Part shown: positions 29,122 through 38,351 of the stretch, piece after piece
How the letters are laid out: every line of letters starts with the position of its first letter
How positions within the stretch are numbered: position 1 is the stretch's first letter
Assembly (NCBI GenBank): GCA_963795085.1
Contig: CAWCFX010000002.1
Location: 384,001-448,000, forward strand
DNA: 64,000 nt
DNA from: an uncultured Gemmatimonadales bacterium
Lineage (GTDB): Bacteria > Gemmatimonadota > Gemmatimonadetes > Gemmatimonadales > GWC2-71-9
Reading direction: 5' to 3'
Made by a program: the position numbers and the translations under genes
Notes under the pieces: generated by a model
The model's input: the letters and a program-made list of their open reading frames with translations, nothing else
Database searches by the model: none
Told to the model about the DNA's origin: nothing

Positions 29122-29589
29122 TCAGCGCCGGCCCTTGTGGTACGGTTCGCCCCGCAAAATGGTAAAGGCTCGGTAAAACTGTTCCCAGACGACGACCCGG
29201 GCCAACTCGTGCGGAAGCGTGAGCGGCCCCAGGCTCCAGGCATGCTGGCAGCGCGCGATGAAGTCCTGGTCGAGTCCCGTGGAGCCGCCGATCGCCAGCG
29301 CCAGCGGCCGCGCCTCCAGCTGCCATCGCTCCAGCCGCCGGGCCAACTCCGGGCTGGACCATGGAGAACCCTGGCGGCTCAGCGCGATGACGGTCGCCCG
29401 GGCGGGCAGTTTCGACTCGATCAGCCGGGATTCATCGAGGTTGGTTTCGGCAGGAGACCCGGTGCGGCGGGACTCCCGGATCTCGATTTCGGACACCGAC
29501 GCGTATCGGCTGAGCCGCTTCTGGTACTCATCGCACGCCTGGCGGTAGCAGGGGCGCAGCTTGCCGACCGCCAGCAGGATGATCTCCAT
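29122..29589 (-). CDS. rlmH: 23S rRNA pseudouridine1915 N3-methyltransferase
   Basis: AVGK, IGGSTG, SLGPLTLPH, EQFYRA..I..G.PYH. Confidence 0.95.
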   Translation of the reverse strand: MEIILLAVGKLRPCYRQACDEYQKRLSRYASVSEIEIRESRRTGSPAETNLDESRLIESKLPARATVIALSRQGSPWSSPELARRLERWQLEARPLALAIGGSTGLDQDFIARCQHAWSLGPLTLPHELARVVVWEQFYRAFTILRGEPYHKGRR

Positions 29590-29604
29590 CAGGCCGCGAC
29601 GGGG

Positions 29605-30912
29605 CTATGCGTACATGCCCCGCAGCCGGTGCACGGCGGCGACCCGCTCGATGGAAAGCATATAGGAGGCGGTCCGCATGTTCACGCCGTGCTTGTCGGC
29701 GATCGCCGCGACTTCGGCGAAGGAACGGACCATGATCCGCTCCAGCCGGTTGTTGACGGTGTCCTCGTCCCAGAAGTACCCGCCCCGGTCCTGCACCCAT
29801 TCGAAGTAGCTCACCGTGACCCCACCGGCATTCGCCAGAATATCGGGAATGACGAAGATCCCCTTCTTGTCGAGGATCGGGTCGGCGGCCGCGGTGGTGG
29901 GGCCGTTGGCCCCCTCGCAGATGATGCGGGCCCGGATATCGCCTGCGTTCTCGCTGGTAATGACGTTCTCGAGGGCGGCCGGGACCAGTACGTCGCAATC
30001 GAGAGTAAGCAACTCTTCGTTGGTGACCCTGGTCGCGCCCTTGTACCCTTCCAGGAACTTGTGGTCCCGGGTGTGCTTGATCACATCCTCGATGTGGAGC
30101 CCCTTGGGGTTGTAGATGCCGCCGGTCTTGTCGCTGACGGCCACGATGGACAGGCCGGCCCGTTCCATCAGCAGCGCGGCGATCGACCCGACATTGCCGA
30201 AGCCCTGGATCGCCACCCGGGTACCCTCCACCGGCATCCCCAGTTTCCTGAGCGCCTCCACCGTCACGATCATGCAGCCCCGCCCGGTGGCCTCCCGGCG
30301 GCCGAGGGACCCACCCATCTCAACCGGCTTTCCGGTCACCACCGCGGTCACCGTGTGCCGGTGGTGCATGGAGTAGGTATCCATGATCCAGGCCATTACC
30401 CGCTCGTTGGTGTTGACATCGGGGGCCGGCACGTCGGAGTCGGGACCCAGGGTCTCGATGATTCCCGCCGTGTACCGCCGGGTCAGTCGCTCCAGCTCCC
30501 GGTCCGACATGCCGGCCGGCTCGCAGATCACGCCCCCCTTGGCACCGCCGAACGGGATATTCACCACCGCGCATTTCCAGGTCATCCAGGCGGCGAGCGC
30601 GGTGACTTCGTCCAGGGTCACATTCATGTCGAACCGGATGCCGCCCTTGGCCGGCCCCCGCGAGGTGTTGTACAGCACCCGGTATCCCGTGTAGACCTCG
30701 ACCTCGCCGTTATCCCGCAGGACCGGCACCGAGATGATGATCTGCTTTTCCGGGCTCCGCAGCACTTTGTACAGGCCGGGATCCAGTTTGAGCCGTTCCG
30801 CCGCGTCGTCGAACCGCGACATCATGGCCTCGAACGGGTTCTCCTCGCTGGTGAAGCGGGTGTCCCGGTCGGGACGGATCAGTTTCTGGGGTCGGCCACT
30901 GGTGGTCGTCAT
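29605..30912 (-). CDS. gdhA: Glutamate dehydrogenase (Glu/Leu/Phe/Val family)
   Basis: [32 protein letters not shown]. Confidence 0.9.
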   Translation of the reverse strand: MTTTSGRPQKLIRPDRDTRFTSEENPFEAMMSRFDDAAERLKLDPGLYKVLRSPEKQIIISVPVLRDNGEVEVYTGYRVLYNTSRGPAKGGIRFDMNVTLDEVTALAAWMTWKCAVVNIPFGGAKGGVICEPAGMSDRELERLTRRYTAGIIETLGPDSDVPAPDVNTNERVMAWIMDTYSMHHRHTVTAVVTGKPVEMGGSLGRREATGRGCMIVTVEALRKLGMPVEGTRVAIQGFGNVGSIAALLMERAGLSIVAVSDKTGGIYNPKGLHIEDVIKHTRDHKFLEGYKGATRVTNEELLTLDCDVLVPAALENVITSENAGDIRARIICEGANGPTTAAADPILDKKGIFVIPDILANAGGVTVSYFEWVQDRGGYFWDEDTVNNRLERIMVRSFAEVAAIADKHGVNMRTASYMLSIERVAAVHRLRGMYA

Positions 30913-30937
30913 AGTGAGAAATAGGCTCCAGGTACAG

Positions 30938-31987
30938 TCATGGTGAGAGTCGGGACACCGGGGTTACCACGGCATCCAGTCCAGCGGAAATCTCCTCCTC
31001 GCCCTCTTCCCAGGTGAGGTCGAGCACGGCGACCAGGGGTTCGGGCGCATTATTGGGCCAGCGGTCCCGCAACTTTACCGCGTCCTTCTCGGTGATGACC
31101 ACGTGGTCCGCGCGGCGCGCCGCGTGGGCCAGCCAGGCGACGTCCTCGTCGCGGTAGTCGTGGTGATCCCGCCAGGTGGCCACCTGGACGGCGGCGCCGG
31201 TCGCCTTGGTCTGGGCCACGAACGCTTCCGGGTCGGCGATGCCCGACGCGGCCACTACCCGGCGGCCCCGAAGGTCGCTGGCCGGCACCCCTCTCCCCGA
31301 CACCAGCCCCTCCAGCCGGCTCAGGCCGAGATGGGCGATGGCGACCGGCCCGTCGATCCGGCCCAGCATTTCTTTCGACAGCTGAAGGGCGGCCTCGGCA
31401 CTGGCCCGCTTGCGGGTGATGATGATCGCATCGGCGCGGTCCAGCGCATTGACGCTCTCCCGCCAGGGCCCGGCCGGCAGGGGCCAGCGCACCGCCCGGG
31501 TGGTCTCCGCGCTGATCAGCACGATGTTATAGTCCCGGCGGACATCCAGGCGCTGGAACGCGTCATCGAGAATCAGCACATCGGCACCCCGGGCCAGCGC
31601 CCGTTCGGCGCCGGCGGCGCGGTCCGGGTCCGGCACAACCACGCTCTCCGGCACCGACCGGGCATGCACCCTGGCCTCGTCTCCCCCGATACCACGCAGG
31701 AGAATGCCCGGTGTGAGTCCGCGAGCCGCATAGTATCGGGCGATCCAGATCGCGACCGGCGTCTTGCCAGACCCGCCCACCGTCAGATTCCCGACCGCGA
31801 CCGAGGGCAGCGGCAGGTCGTGGGTCTCGAACCAGCCGCGCCGATAGGCGGTGGTGCGCACGTTCATCGTGACCCTCCACAGGGCCGACGCGGGCAGCAG
31901 CGCCAACCGCGCGAGTCGGGCATCGATCCGCCGGCTGGTCCACAGCCAGCGGATTACGCGGTGGGTATCGCCCCGCCGTCCCGGCAT
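30938..31987 (-). CDS. lpxK: Tetraacyldisaccharide 4'-kinase
   Basis: [27 protein letters not shown]. Confidence 0.92.
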   Translation of the reverse strand: MPGRRGDTHRVIRWLWTSRRIDARLARLALLPASALWRVTMNVRTTAYRRGWFETHDLPLPSVAVGNLTVGGSGKTPVAIWIARYYAARGLTPGILLRGIGGDEARVHARSVPESVVVPDPDRAAGAERALARGADVLILDDAFQRLDVRRDYNIVLISAETTRAVRWPLPAGPWRESVNALDRADAIIITRKRASAEAALQLSKEMLGRIDGPVAIAHLGLSRLEGLVSGRGVPASDLRGRRVVAASGIADPEAFVAQTKATGAAVQVATWRDHHDYRDEDVAWLAHAARRADHVVITEKDAVKLRDRWPNNAPEPLVAVLDLTWEEGEEEISAGLDAVVTPVSRLSP

Positions 31988-32610
31988 GCATCCTCCACGA
32001 CCTGGTTCATTGCGCTCCTGGTCATCTCAAGTCCCCGCGCCAGCCCTTCATCTCCAGCCGCCACGAGGAAGGGCTCCCCGTACGTGATCCGCACCCGGGC
32101 GAACGGTTTCGGCAGCATGAACCGGTCCCATGACGCGAAACGCCAGGCCCGCCGAGCCTCGGCATGAATGGGCAGGATGCGCACCCCTGCCCGTTGCGCC
32201 GCCGCCACCACGCCCGGCTTGAGTTCCCGTCGCGGCCCCCGGGGTCCATCGGGCGTGAACGCCACCGGATGACCGGCTTTGAGGACTCGTACCGCGCCAA
32301 GCAGGGCCCGGGCTGCTCCCCGGGTACTGCTGCCCCGCACCAGCCGGTAACCGATCGTTTCGGCAAAGCCGGCGAGATACTCGCCATCGCGCGCCTCGCT
32401 GACGACGATCGCGATGCCCTGCCGACGGTGCTGCCAGAGCAGCGGGAGCAGGGCCTCGTGCCAGAGCACGAAGAGATACGGCTCCCCCGAATCGCGCAGC
32501 CGGAGCCAGTGATTTTCGTGCGCCACCTGCATACGCCAGGTCCGGGCCAGCAGCGACGCCAGCGGGCCACCCAGCCGCCGGCCGAGGGGCCGGAGCCAGC
32601 GCAGTTTCAT
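31954..32610 (-). CDS. DUF374 lysophospholipid acyltransferase-like protein (LpxJ-like)
   Basis: LWH, S..RDGE, RGSSTRG, TPDGPRGP, SWDRF.LP.PF; ATG at 32610. Confidence 0.85.
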   Translation of the reverse strand: MKLRWLRPLGRRLGGPLASLLARTWRMQVAHENHWLRLRDSGEPYLFVLWHEALLPLLWQHRRQGIAIVVSEARDGEYLAGFAETIGYRLVRGSSTRGAARALLGAVRVLKAGHPVAFTPDGPRGPRRELKPGVVAAAQRAGVRILPIHAEARRAWRFASWDRFMLPKPFARVRITYGEPFLVAAGDEGLARGLEMTRSAMNQVVEDACRDGGAIPTA

Positions 32611-33731
32611 CGGCCGATAAGCTGGGCGGCGATTCCGGCCACCCGCCCGGCGGCACCCGGCACGCCCAGCCGCGTCCGCACCAACCGCATCCCGTCGCGC
32701 TGGGCAATGGTCTTCGGGTTCCCGGGATCGAGCAGCGGCCGGATCTCCTCCGCCAGTCGGCGGACCGTGACCGCCTGCTGGGCCAGTTCGGGAACGACTT
32801 CGCGTCCGGCGACCAGGTTGACCAGGCTGATCCACTCCACCCGGAGAAGGCGCCGGGCAATTTCGTAGGTCCAGGGGTGCGTCCGGTAGGCCACCACCAT
32901 GGGCGTATCGGCCAGCGCGGCCTGCAACGTGGTCGTTCCCGATTTCGCCAGCACGGCATCGGCAGCGGACAAGACCGTCATCGGGTCGTCCCGGTGAATC
33001 AGCACCGGCCCGGGGTCGGGGTAGTCCCCCGCCGGGGTGGCGGCCATGATGACGTGCTCGCAACGTCCCTCGGCCAGCATGAGCAGAGCCGTGTCGCGGA
33101 ACCGGGGCCAGTGGTTGCGTACCTCCTGCGCCCTGCTGCCCGGAAAGATAGCCAGTACCCGCGCCGCACTGGGGAGGCCCAGGGTGCGGCGGGCGACAGC
33201 CCGGTGGTCGGGTCCCGGCGCATGGTCCACCAGCGGATGTCCCACGAACTCCGCGACCAGGCCCAGCCGGGCGAAGGCCTGTTCTTCGAAGGGGAGAATC
33301 ACCGCCAGCCGGTCCACGATGCCGTGCAAACGGCGGGCCCGGCCGGGGCGCCAGGCCCAGAGCTGGGGAGGGATGTAGTAAAGGACGCGGGCGCCGGATT
33401 TCCGCGCCAGGGGGGCCAGCCGGAGGTGAAAACCAGGATAGTCGATCAGGAGGACGAGGTCATACGCCTCCTGCGTGAACCGCCGCCGCAGGGTCCGCAG
33501 CAGCCGCAGGTGGGCCGGCAGCGACTCGATGACCTCGATGAACCCCATGGCGCTGTATTTTTCCATGGGGTACAGCACGTGCGCCCCGGCCGCCGCCATC
33601 GCGGGGCCACCGAAGGCGTCGATGCGGGCCCCGGGATACCGCTGTCGCAACGCCTCGACGACCCCCGCGCCGTGCAGGTCGCCGGAAGGTTCTCCCGCCG
33701 AAACGAAGATCCGGACCGGCCCAGCGGTCAT
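32607..33731 (-). CDS. lpxB: Lipid-A-disaccharide synthase
   Basis: GEPSGD, IDYPGF, PQLWAWR, LPFE, VGHP, PGSR, SGT. Confidence 0.95.
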   Translation of the reverse strand: MTAGPVRIFVSAGEPSGDLHGAGVVEALRQRYPGARIDAFGGPAMAAAGAHVLYPMEKYSAMGFIEVIESLPAHLRLLRTLRRRFTQEAYDLVLLIDYPGFHLRLAPLARKSGARVLYYIPPQLWAWRPGRARRLHGIVDRLAVILPFEEQAFARLGLVAEFVGHPLVDHAPGPDHRAVARRTLGLPSAARVLAIFPGSRAQEVRNHWPRFRDTALLMLAEGRCEHVIMAATPAGDYPDPGPVLIHRDDPMTVLSAADAVLAKSGTTTLQAALADTPMVVAYRTHPWTYEIARRLLRVEWISLVNLVAGREVVPELAQQAVTVRRLAEEIRPLLDPGNPKTIAQRDGMRLVRTRLGVPGAAGRVAGIAAQLIGR

Positions 33732-34708
33732 GGCTTGCGGATGACCGGGACCGGCGACCGGTAAACGGCCTCCGCCACCTCGAGCGCCAGTGCCACGGCC
33801 GCCCTCCCTTCCCGCCCGGAGACGCCGGCCTGTTCGCCGCCCCGCACCGCGCTGACGAAGCTCTCCAGTTCCAGCTTCAGCGAGTCCGCTTCCGGGGCAT
33901 CCAGGACGACCCGCTCGAGGATGTCTTCCAGTTTGATGCCGGGACTGGGCTGCCAGTCCGGTTTCAGCCGCATATACTCGCCGGTTCCCAGCGCCAGGTC
34001 GAGCGAGAAGTACCCGGTGGTCTCGAAGATCCGAAGTTTGCGGATGCGGTCCCGGGCCATCCGTGAGGCGGTCACGTTGGCGACGGCGCCGTTAGCGAAC
34101 TCCACTCGCGCATTGGCCATGTCGAGGTGGGGCGAGAGAACCGCCACGCCGGAGGCGCGCACGTCGGAGGCGATGCTGCCGCCCACCAGGTGCAGCACCA
34201 GGTCGAGGTCGTGGATCATGAGGTCCAGGACCACGGCGACATCGGTGCCCCGGGGCTGGAATGGCGCCAGCCGCATGCTCTCCATGTAACGGGGCTCGCC
34301 CAGGTAGGGCATGGCCGCGCGGATGGCCCGGTTAAACCGCTCGATATGGCCGACCTGGAGGATCCCGCCGCCGCGGGCCCCCGCGGCCAGGAGGGCATCC
34401 GCCTCGGCCAGCGTGGCGGCGAGGGGCTTCTCCATGAGGACAGAAACGCCGGCTTCCAGGGCCCGAACGCCGACCGCGGCATGGGCCGGCGTCGGGACCG
34501 CGACCGTCACTGCTTCCACCCGGCCGAGCAGTTCGTCCAGGCCGGCCACGGCCACCGACCCCGAGGCCGCCGCGATTTCCGCAGCCCGGGCGGGATTGAT
34601 GTCATGCACCCCGACCAGCTCAACCTCGGGTAGCGCGGCAAGGTGGCGCGCGTGGTGGGCGCCCAGCGCCCCCACGCCGATGACGCCCATGGGCAGCCGG
34701 GCCGTCAT
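33728..34708 (-). CDS. Gfo/Idh/MocA oxidoreductase (GnnA-like)
   Basis: GVGALG, EKP, GHIERFN, DLMIHD; lies between lpxA and lpxB; ATG at 34708. Confidence 0.85.
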   Translation of the reverse strand: MTARLPMGVIGVGALGAHHARHLAALPEVELVGVHDINPARAAEIAAASGSVAVAGLDELLGRVEAVTVAVPTPAHAAVGVRALEAGVSVLMEKPLAATLAEADALLAAGARGGGILQVGHIERFNRAIRAAMPYLGEPRYMESMRLAPFQPRGTDVAVVLDLMIHDLDLVLHLVGGSIASDVRASGVAVLSPHLDMANARVEFANGAVANVTASRMARDRIRKLRIFETTGYFSLDLALGTGEYMRLKPDWQPSPGIKLEDILERVVLDAPEADSLKLELESFVSAVRGGEQAGVSGREGRAAVALALEVAEAVYRSPVPVIRKP

Positions 34709-35481
34709 GCCGGCACGCCGCGCTCGGAGGACTCGACGAAGGTGATGAAGCGCTCGACTTCCGGGGTCGGCGGCAGCTCGGTGCGGGCCCGCTCCGCGGC
34801 CTGGGAAAGGTTGAAATCGGAATTGAAGAACAGCCGGTAGGCCCGTTTCAGCGCGCCGATGATCTCGCTGGAGAACCCGGCCCGCTGGAGCCCGATGGTG
34901 TTGAGGCCATAGAGTTCCATGGGGTTGCCCACCGCCTTGACATAAGGCGGAATATCCTGGCTCACCCGGGTCATCCCGCCGACGAAGGCGTGGGTCCCGA
35001 TGGTCACGAACTGGTGCACCCCGGTCAGGCCGCTGATCTGGGCCCGGTCCTGGACCGTCACGTGGCCGGCCAGGTTGGTGGTGTTGGCGATGATGACGCC
35101 GTTGCCGACGTGGCAGTCGTGACCGAGATGCACGTACGACATGAGGAAGGTCCGCTCTCCGACGGTCGTCTTCCCGGTGGCCTTGGTGCCCCGGTTGATG
35201 GTCACGTACTCCCGGATCGTGGTCTCGGCGCCGATCTCGACCCAGGTCTCCTCGCCGGCGAACTTGAGATCCTGGGGCGGGCCGCCCAGGATACTCCCGT
35301 CCCCCACGTACACATCGGCGGCCAGCCGGACATTGCGCTCCAGGGTGACCCGGGGCCCGATCCGGCAACGGTCGCCAATGAACACCGAGGGTCCCACGAT
35401 GGTCCAGGGACCGACCTCGACGTCCTGCCCGAACACCGCGCCGGGATCCACCAGCGCCGTGGGGTGGATGCGGGCGGTCAC
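34705..35481 (-). CDS. lpxA: Acyl-ACP--UDP-GlcNAc O-acyltransferase
   Basis: Hexapeptide repeats, PQDLK, HLGHDC, LAGHV, HQF. Confidence 0.95.
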   Translation of the reverse strand: MTARIHPTALVDPGAVFGQDVEVGPWTIVGPSVFIGDRCRIGPRVTLERNVRLAADVYVGDGSILGGPPQDLKFAGEETWVEIGAETTIREYVTINRGTKATGKTTVGERTFLMSYVHLGHDCHVGNGVIIANTTNLAGHVTVQDRAQISGLTGVHQFVTIGTHAFVGGMTRVSQDIPPYVKAVGNPMELYGLNTIGLQRAGFSSEIIGALKRAYRLFFNSDFNLSQAAERARTELPPTPEVERFITFVESSERGVPA

Positions 35482-36746
35482 CGGTCGACGACCCTCGCCA
35501 TCATTTCGGCCTCCGCCACCACCTGCCCTTCCACGAAGGCTACGCCCTTCATCCGCGCGGTTTTCCCGCGGAACTGGACCATCTCCACCTCACAGCGCAG
35601 CTGGTCGCCGGGAAGCACCGGCCGGCGGAACTTTACTTTGTCCAGCGACATGAAGTACACCACCTTGTCGCTGATATCTTCGGTCCCCAGCACCAGCATG
35701 CCCCCGACCTGGGCCATCGCCTCGATGATGAGAACCCCGGGCATGATGGGATGGCCGGGGAAATGGCCCTGGAAGAACGGCTCGTTGATGGTCACGTTCT
35801 TGATGCCCACGATGCGGGTCTTGCCTTCGATCTCGACGATCCGGTCCACCAGCAGGAAAGGATACCGGTGCGGCAAGACATCCTGGATCCGTCCGATGTC
35901 AATCACGGAAGCCCCCGTCTTGCTGCTGGTCCGGGCGATTCCCCGGGCCAGGGTAATGTTGCCCTGGTGACAGGGCCGGGTCGCGATCACGTGCGCCTGC
36001 ACCCGCCCGCCCAGCAGGGCCAGGTCGCCGACGATATCGCCGGTCTTGTGGCGCACGAACTCGTCGGGCCATCGCAGGGTTGTGTCGATGGCCGCATCGT
36101 CCGACAGCACCACGGCGTTGGCGGTGGAAGCGCCCCGAATCAGGCCCCGGGTCCGCAGCGATTCCACTTCGCTGGCGAACCCGAAGGTACGGGCGCCGGC
36201 GAGGTCCGCCGCAAAGGCATCGGGGGTGATGTCGAAGGAGCCGACCTGACGCCCGATCAGCGGATGCTTCCATTCGATCGTGGTGGTGAGCCTCAGGTTC
36301 CGGGCCGGTGACACCACGTAGGTCGCCTCGCCCTCGGTGACCTGGAACGGCGCCGCCACCTTGAACACGAGGGGATCGCCCGGCTGACTGGTCTCCCCGG
36401 CACCGCGAAGCAGCTCCACGTAGGGCGCAAAGGAGCCGTCGGCAATCGGGGGTTCCGGTCCATCGATCTCGATGGTGAGGTCGTCGATCTCCAGCGCGGC
36501 GACGGCGGCCAGCAGGTGCTCGACCGTGTGAATGGTCTGCTCGCCCCGGCCCAGGGCGGTGCGCCGCTCGGTCTCGGCCACTTCCTCCAGGCGGGCCGGG
36601 ATCTCCGGAGCGCCGGGCAGGTCGGTGCGCCGGAAGACGAGGCCCCGGCCCGCGGGTGCCGGCCGACACGTCGCGGTGGTGGTGGCTCCGGTATGGAGGC
36701 CAACACCCCGCAACGAGACGTCCCGCTCAATCGTTTTTCTTGGCAC
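35478..36746 (-). CDS. lpxC/fabZ: Bifunctional LpxC-FabZ
   Basis: GVGLHTG, TVEH, RHK..D (LpxC) then LPHRYPFLLVD, GHFP..PIMPGV (FabZ); GTG at 36746. Confidence 0.95.
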   Translation of the reverse strand: MPRKTIERDVSLRGVGLHTGATTTATCRPAPAGRGLVFRRTDLPGAPEIPARLEEVAETERRTALGRGEQTIHTVEHLLAAVAALEIDDLTIEIDGPEPPIADGSFAPYVELLRGAGETSQPGDPLVFKVAAPFQVTEGEATYVVSPARNLRLTTTIEWKHPLIGRQVGSFDITPDAFAADLAGARTFGFASEVESLRTRGLIRGASTANAVVLSDDAAIDTTLRWPDEFVRHKTGDIVGDLALLGGRVQAHVIATRPCHQGNITLARGIARTSSKTGASVIDIGRIQDVLPHRYPFLLVDRIVEIEGKTRIVGIKNVTINEPFFQGHFPGHPIMPGVLIIEAMAQVGGMLVLGTEDISDKVVYFMSLDKVKFRRPVLPGDQLRCEVEMVQFRGKTARMKGVAFVEGQVVAEAEMMARVVDR

Positions 36747-37773
36747 GGTGCTTACGCTCGGTTGCGAGTGTTTCCAGTTCCTTCGCCAGCGGCGCCAGGC
36801 GGTAGAGTGCCCCCTGGGCCCGGAGGAAATCCCGGTGCGGGCGCGCGGGGTACCCACCGTGGACCGCCCCGTCGGGCACTTCGCTGATGACAGTGGACCG
36901 GGCACTCACCTTGGCGCCGCTGCCGACCCGCACGTGGTCCGCCACGCCCACCCCGCCGGCCAGCACCACCCAGTCGCCCAGGCTGGCGCTTCCGGCCATG
37001 CCCGACATGGCCATGATCAGGCAGTGTTCCCCGATCCGGATATTGTGGGCGATGTGCACCAGATTGTCGATCTTGGTGCCGCGCCCGATCACGGTGTCGT
37101 CGATGCTGCCCCGGTCCACGGTGCTGTTGGAGCCGATCTCGACGTCGTCCTCAAGAATGCAGCGGCCGGCGTGAGGGATCCGCTGGTGCCCCGCGGGGGA
37201 CGGGAGGAAACCGAACCCGGGACCGCCGATGACCGCCCCGGCCTTGAGCACCACCCGGTCGCCCAGCCGGGTGCCGGCGTGGCATACCACTCCGGCCCCC
37301 AGGTGACACTCCCGGCCTACTGTGACCCCCGGCTCCAGCACCGTGCCGGCCTCCAGGCGGCTGCCGGTCCCGATGGCGCACCCCGGGCCCACCACCACGT
37401 GCGGCCCCAGAGAGACGCCCTCGTCCAGTATCACTCCATCGGCGACCACCGCGGAGGAATGTATCCCGGTTGCGGTATCGACCGGCGCCACGAAGCGGGG
37501 CAGCAGGGAGAGGATCGCCCGGTAGGGATCCGGCACGACAATCCGGGTCGCGGGGCCCTCCGGCTGGTCGGCGAACTCCGGCGCCATCAGCACCGCGCCT
37601 GCTCGGGAGGACCGAAAATAGGAGAGGTACCTGGGGGATACAAGAAACGAGAGGCACTCCGGCTCGGCCCGGTGGAGGGACGCGATGGCGGAGACTACCA
37701 GGGTCCCTTCGCCGAGCAGGCGGCCACCGACCAGGTCGGCGACCGCCTGCGCGGTGAGGACGGGGGGAGACAC
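36727..37773 (-). CDS. lpxD: UDP-3-O-acylglucosamine N-acyltransferase
   Basis: Hexapeptide repeats, GFGF, TKIDNLVHIAHN. Confidence 0.95.
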   Translation of the reverse strand: MSPPVLTAQAVADLVGGRLLGEGTLVVSAIASLHRAEPECLSFLVSPRYLSYFRSSRAGAVLMAPEFADQPEGPATRIVVPDPYRAILSLLPRFVAPVDTATGIHSSAVVADGVILDEGVSLGPHVVVGPGCAIGTGSRLEAGTVLEPGVTVGRECHLGAGVVCHAGTRLGDRVVLKAGAVIGGPGFGFLPSPAGHQRIPHAGRCILEDDVEIGSNSTVDRGSIDDTVIGRGTKIDNLVHIAHNIRIGEHCLIMAMSGMAGSASLGDWVVLAGGVGVADHVRVGSGAKVSARSTVISEVPDGAVHGGYPARPHRDFLRAQGALYRLAPLAKELETLATERKHRAKKND

Positions 37774-37774
37774 T

Positions 37775-38344
37775 TTATCTGCCGGCTTGGAGGCGCCTGA
37801 CCACGGTTTCCGTGAGATCCAGACTCCGGTCCGCGGAGACGATTCCGCTCCCCAGTACGGCGATGTCGAAAATCATGTGATAATTGCCTTCCGCCCGGAC
37901 GCCGTCGATGACCGTCTGGATGCGGTTGGTGATCGGATCGAGCAGTTCCCGTTCCCGCTGGACACCCTTCTGCTGCAGTTCCGCCACCCGCGCCTCCAAC
38001 TGCTGCTGCTGGGTTTCCAGTTCCTTCCGCTTGGCCTCGCGCGCCGAGGGGCTGAGCAGGACGCCATCGCGGTTGAAGGCAGCCGCGGCCGAGTCGAGTG
38101 TGGTCTGCAGGCGGGTGGCTTCGGCGCGGTAGCCCTCGACTTCGCGGGTGAACAGCGATTCCGCCTGGGCGAATCCGGGCGCGGCCTTAAGCACCGCCTG
38201 GGAGTTGATGAACGCGATCCGCGTGGCCGTTGGCGGCGTCTGCTGGGCCGCACCGCGGGTCGGGAACAGGAGGCCAGCCGCCAGCAGAACGAATGCGCAG
38301 GTCAGCGAACCGGACAAGAATCTCTTCATTCCGAGCTCCATCAT
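37775..38344 (-). CDS. skp: Skp/OmpH periplasmic chaperone
   Basis: Signal peptide, IAFINSQ, coiled coil, DLT..V; start may be ATG 38329. Confidence 0.85.
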   Translation of the reverse strand: MMELGMKRFLSGSLTCAFVLLAAGLLFPTRGAAQQTPPTATRIAFINSQAVLKAAPGFAQAESLFTREVEGYRAEATRLQTTLDSAAAAFNRDGVLLSPSAREAKRKELETQQQQLEARVAELQQKGVQRERELLDPITNRIQTVIDGVRAEGNYHMIFDIAVLGSGIVSADRSLDLTETVVRRLQAGR

Positions 38345-38351
38345 GAGGTTC

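Noticed and set aside
29137..30924. 595-aa plus-strand ORF opposite gdhA
   Set aside because: In-register antisense frame produced by GC3 codon bias
35478..36746. LpxC-FabZ fusion as a novelty
   Set aside because: Well known in Bacteroidota and related phyla
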